Positions 28,607 to 32,000 of a DNA stretch of 32,000 nt are shown here, piece by piece. Both the position numbers and the translations under genes were made by a program. Location of the stretch: NCBI GenBank assembly GCA_000166095.1, contig CP002278.1, positions 1,110,001 through 1,142,000 on the forward strand, given 5' to 3'. The first letter of the stretch is position 1, and each line of letters starts with the position of its first letter. This DNA comes from Methanothermus fervidus DSM 2088. Lineage in GTDB: Archaea > Methanobacteriota > Methanobacteria > DSM-2088 > Methanothermaceae. A model generated the notes under the pieces. The model was not told the DNA's origin. It did not search any database and saw nothing but the letters and a program-made list of their open reading frames with translations.

Positions 28607-29004
28607 ATTTTAGACATGAAATAAATGGTGAAAAATTAGTAATTGCAATAGCTCAGGATTTTAAAACAAATAAGGTTTTAATGACCGCATACATGAACAA
28701 AGAAGCATTTGAGAAAACACTAAAAACAAAAAAAGCTCATTACTGGAGTACCTCTAGAAAAAAAGTATGGATGAAGGGAGAAACATCTGGCAATATACAA
28801 AAAGTTAGAGAGATGTATGTAGATTGTGATAGAGATGCCGTGTTACTCAAAGTAGAACAGAAGGGAGGAGCATGTCATACAGGACATTACTCTTGTTTTT
28901 ATCGTAAAATAGATATGAATAATATGAAAATGAAAAGTGTGGAGAAACAATTGTTCGATCCTAAAGAAGTCTATGGAGGTACAAAGAATGAGAATAGTGC
29001 CTGA
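28603..29004 (+). CDS. hisI: Phosphoribosyl-AMP cyclohydrolase
   Basis: 133 aa; VLMTAYMNKEAFEKTLKTKKAHYWSTSRKKVWMKGETSGNIQKVREMYVDCDRDAVLLKVEQKGGACHTGHYSCFYR. TTG start overlaps the hisS TGA. Confidence 0.96.
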   Translation: MNFRHEINGEKLVIAIAQDFKTNKVLMTAYMNKEAFEKTLKTKKAHYWSTSRKKVWMKGETSGNIQKVREMYVDCDRDAVLLKVEQKGGACHTGHYSCFYRKIDMNNMKMKSVEKQLFDPKEVYGGTKNENSA

Positions 29005-30805
29005 TACTAGTGTTATCGTTGATGGACGAATTACAGAAATAGTGCAAAAAAAGAAATTTAAAGGATCTAAAGTAATAGTTCCCGCAGCTGTAGTATCAGA
29101 ACTAGAATACCAAGCAAATAGAGGTAGAGAAAGTGGATTTAATGGTCTCGAGGAACTTAAAAATCTTCAGAAATTACATAAAAAAGGTGAAATTTCTCTA
29201 ACGTTTGCTGGAAAAAGACCATCATTAGAGGAAATTACTTTGTCAAGAGGTGGAGAAATAGATGCCATGATTCGTGATATAGCAAAAAAACACAATGGAA
29301 TTCTTGTAACTAGTGACAGAGTTCAGGCAAAAGTTGCTGAAGCACAAGGTCTAGAAGTTATTTACATTAAACCACAGGTTCTAGATTATAAAAAGTTGGA
29401 GATAATGAAATATTTTGATGAAAACACAATGTCAGTTCATCTTAAAGAAAACGTTGTTCCTATGGCAAAAAAAGGTAAAATAGGTAATATAAAACTTGTT
29501 AAAATTGGGTCAAAACCTCTAAATAGGTCAGAATTATCTAAAATGGCTAGAGAGATAATTGAAGCTGCAAAAAGTGATTTAAAAAGCTTTATTGAAATTG
29601 AAAGAGAGGGGGCTACAGTTGTCCAGTTTAGAGAATATAGAATTTCTATAGCACGTCCTCCATTCTCTGAGGCTTATGAAATTACGGCTGTAAGACCTGT
29701 TGCAAAAGTTTCTTTAGAGGATTATAAGTTACCAAACAAACTTATAAAACGTTTAAAAGATGTTGCAAGGGGTATATTAATTGCAGGTCCACCTGGTGCG
29801 GGTAAGAGTACGTTTGCTCAAGCAATAGCAGAATTTTATAAAGAAGAAATGAATTCTGTTGTTAAAACGATGGAATCTCCACGTGATTTACAAGTTAGCG
29901 ATGAAATTACTCAATATGCTCCACTAGAAAGAGACATGCAGAAAACTGCAGATATATTACTTTTAGTGAGACCAGACTTCACAATTTATGATGAGATGCG
30001 AAAAACCAAAGATTTTAAGATATTTGCAGATATGAGACTTGCAGGAGTAGGAATGATTGGAGTTGTACATGCTACAAGGCCTATTGATGCCATTCAGAGA
30101 GTTATTGGTCGTGTAGAACTTGGAATGATACCTTCAATTATTGACACCACGATATTCATAAAAGATGGAAAAGTAGAAACCGTTTATGATATTTCATTAA
30201 CAGTTAAAGTTCCAACAGGCATGACTGAAGAAGATTTGGCAAGGCCTGTAATAGAGGTAAGAGATTTTGAAACAAATGAATTGGTGTATGAGATATATAC
30301 ATATGGTGAACAAACTGTTGTTATGGATGTATCAAAAATTTCCGCACCTAAGAAAGCACCTGTTAGAACATTAGCTGAGAAAGAAATTGAAAGAGAGTTT
30401 AAAAAGCGTTTTCCTCATGTAGATGTTAAAGTAAAAATGGAATCTGATAACAGAGCTAAAGTTTGGGTCAATGAAAAATACATACCTCAAATAATTGGTA
30501 AAAAAGGAAGAACCATCGAAAAAATAGAGGAAAAGCTGGGTATAAGTATAAGCGTTGAACCACTGGTAGAGAAAAAGAAAGAAAAAGAAATTACAGTAGA
30601 TGTCAATGATAATCATATAGTATTGAACTTTGGAACTGAAGATGTTGGCAAGTCTTATGATATATTTGTTGATAATGAGTACTTGTTTACAGCTACAGTA
30701 GGTAAAAGAGGTACAATAAAGGTTAGAAGAGATATAGATTTAGCAAAGGTTATAGAGAAGGCTATAGAAACTAATTTACCTATCACAGCAAAACCAAGAG
30801 ATTAG
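28988..30805 (+). CDS. PIN domain + PilT-like ATPase + KH domain protein (archaeal PINA-type)
   Basis: MRIVPDTSVIVDGRITEIV (PIN), GILIAGPPGAGKSTFAQAIAEFY (Walker A), KYIPQIIGKKGRTIEKIEEKLG (KH). Track start 28937, but ATG 28988 follows GGAGGT. Confidence 0.9.
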   Translation: MRIVPDTSVIVDGRITEIVQKKKFKGSKVIVPAAVVSELEYQANRGRESGFNGLEELKNLQKLHKKGEISLTFAGKRPSLEEITLSRGGEIDAMIRDIAKKHNGILVTSDRVQAKVAEAQGLEVIYIKPQVLDYKKLEIMKYFDENTMSVHLKENVVPMAKKGKIGNIKLVKIGSKPLNRSELSKMAREIIEAAKSDLKSFIEIEREGATVVQFREYRISIARPPFSEAYEITAVRPVAKVSLEDYKLPNKLIKRLKDVARGILIAGPPGAGKSTFAQAIAEFYKEEMNSVVKTMESPRDLQVSDEITQYAPLERDMQKTADILLLVRPDFTIYDEMRKTKDFKIFADMRLAGVGMIGVVHATRPIDAIQRVIGRVELGMIPSIIDTTIFIKDGKVETVYDISLTVKVPTGMTEEDLARPVIEVRDFETNELVYEIYTYGEQTVVMDVSKISAPKKAPVRTLAEKEIEREFKKRFPHVDVKVKMESDNRAKVWVNEKYIPQIIGKKGRTIEKIEEKLGISISVEPLVEKKKEKEITVDVNDNHIVLNFGTEDVGKSYDIFVDNEYLFTATVGKRGTIKVRRDIDLAKVIEKAIETNLPITAKPRD

Positions 30806-30814
30806 GTGTTAATT

Positions 30815-31567
30815 ATGAAATTTGGAGTTTCTACTTTAGCTTTGTATCCTTCTCCTATAGAAAAAATTTTGGATTTTGTTGAAAATTTAGGTATGGATTA
30901 TTGTGAAATAATAAATGAATATCCTTTTGATGATTTAAATTATGAAATTTTTGAATCATATTCTTTAGATGTAGTGATACATGCACCAATATCTGATATA
31001 AATATAGCCTCACATAATCATGCCATGAGAAGAGCATCTATAGAAGAAATAAAATCTTCGATAACATTAGCATCAAAAATAAATTCTGAAAAAATAGTAA
31101 TACATCCAGGAATTGTTCCTGTACTTGGAAAAAAATTCATAAATAAAATAGAGAAATACAATATAGATGCATTGAGAGAAATTAGGGACCATGCTGAAAA
31201 TTTAGGTGTAAAGATATGTTTAGAAAACATGCCTAATCTTGAAGAATGTTTATGTAAGGATCTAAATGAAGTATATAAGATTGTTAATGATTTAGGAATC
31301 TATACAACTTTGGATGTTGGCCACGCTAATACTATGGGTTTAGATGTAGAAAAATTGAAAATTGATGACTCTGTTATCCATATACATATTTCAGATAATG
31401 ATGGTTCTTATGATACGCATGATGCTTTGGGAGAGGGAAATATAAATTTCACAAAGTTGTTTAAAAAGAAATTGAAAAATTATTCTGATACAATTACAAT
31501 AGAAATAAAAACAAAGGAAGAATTATTAAAAAGTATAGAATATTTGAAAGCAAAAAAGATTTTATAA
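30815..31567 (+). CDS. TIM-barrel sugar phosphate isomerase/epimerase family protein
   Basis: MKFGVSTLALYPSPIEKILDFVENLGMDYCEI, VVIHAPISDINIASHN, ICLENMPNLEECLC, TTLDVGHANTMG, HIHISDNDGSYDTHDALGEGNINF. Confidence 0.88.
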   Translation: MKFGVSTLALYPSPIEKILDFVENLGMDYCEIINEYPFDDLNYEIFESYSLDVVIHAPISDINIASHNHAMRRASIEEIKSSITLASKINSEKIVIHPGIVPVLGKKFINKIEKYNIDALREIRDHAENLGVKICLENMPNLEECLCKDLNEVYKIVNDLGIYTTLDVGHANTMGLDVEKLKIDDSVIHIHISDNDGSYDTHDALGEGNINFTKLFKKKLKNYSDTITIEIKTKEELLKSIEYLKAKKIL

Positions 31568-31576
31568 GTGATAGAG

Positions 31577-32000
31577 ATGAAAATTGCAATTATTGGTGGA
31601 ACCGGTGATCAAGGTTTTGGACTGGCACTAAGGCTGGCAAAGGCTGGAGAAAAAATAATCATTGGGTCAAGAAGTCGAGAAAGGGCTAAAAAAGCTTGTT
31701 CAAAAATCCTTAATATTGTGGAGAATGCAGATATAGAAGGAATGGAAAATAAAGAAGCAGCAAAAGAAGCTGATATAGTGATATTAACAGTTCCACTTCA
31801 TGCACAGCTAACAACTATAGAAAATATAAAAGATGTTCTTGATGGTAAAATACTTGTGGATGCTACAGTGCCATTAGAATCTTCAATAGGAGGGTCCGGT
31901 GGTAAATACGTTGAATTATGGGATGGTTCAGCAGCCGAAAGAACATCTAGAGTACTTAAAGATAAAAATGTTAAAATAGTAACAGCATTCAATAATATAA
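31577..32000 (+). CDS. npdG: F420-dependent NADP reductase (partial, runs off the window)
   Basis: MKIAIIGGTGDQGFGLALRLAKAGEKIIIGSRSREKAK...TVPLHAQLTTI..VLVDATVPLESS...SAAERTSRVL..VKIVTAFNNI. Confidence 0.93.
   Translation, partial: MKIAIIGGTGDQGFGLALRLAKAGEKIIIGSRSRERAKKACSKILNIVENADIEGMENKEAAKEADIVILTVPLHAQLTTIENIKDVLDGKILVDATVPLESSIGGSGGKYVELWDGSAAERTSRVLKDKNVKIVTAFNNI

Noticed and set aside
28988-30805. PIN-domain ATPase as a VapC toxin of a toxin-antitoxin or defence system
   Set aside because: The PIN + PilT-like ATPase + KH architecture is a widely conserved archaeal housekeeping family (PINA type), in a biosynthetic gene context and without an antitoxin.

Overview
AT-rich archaeal (methanogen) chromosomal segment, densely packed with mostly housekeeping genes. 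The fmdECB-type formylmethanofuran dehydrogenase operon, methanogenesis marker 17, NifB, an F420-dependent NADP reductase and an adhesin-like beta-helix protein suggest Methanobacteriales (inference). The left third is a molybdenum/molybdopterin neighbourhood: fdhD (partial), moaA, a Mop/TOBE molybdate-binding protein, fmdE, fmdC (a FwdC-FwdD type fusion), fmdB and mobB. The middle carries a long minus-strand run hisA-ribL-argC-flavodoxin-secF-secD-pyrI. The right carries pyrK, AI-2E permease, TtuA/Ncs6-like, coaBC, a NusA-like KH protein, mmp17-nifB-trm5, mtnA, cobJ (with an extra Cys-rich domain), DNA polymerase D small subunit, tRNA-Gln(UUG), an RNA-ligase partner, hisS-hisI, a PIN-ATPase-KH protein, a TIM-barrel epimerase and npdG (partial). 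The most interesting non-obvious signal is a family of three same-orientation dispersed repeats in intergenic spacers (about 1446-1880, 7381-7733, 13600-13971). Conceptual translation shows them to be internally deleted relics of a TnpB (IS200/IS605-type) gene. They bracket the mop-fmdECB block and appear to supply the promoter/RBS region of mobB and the Shine-Dalgarno region of hisA. I found no clearly new defence or mobile system, and no CRISPR array.
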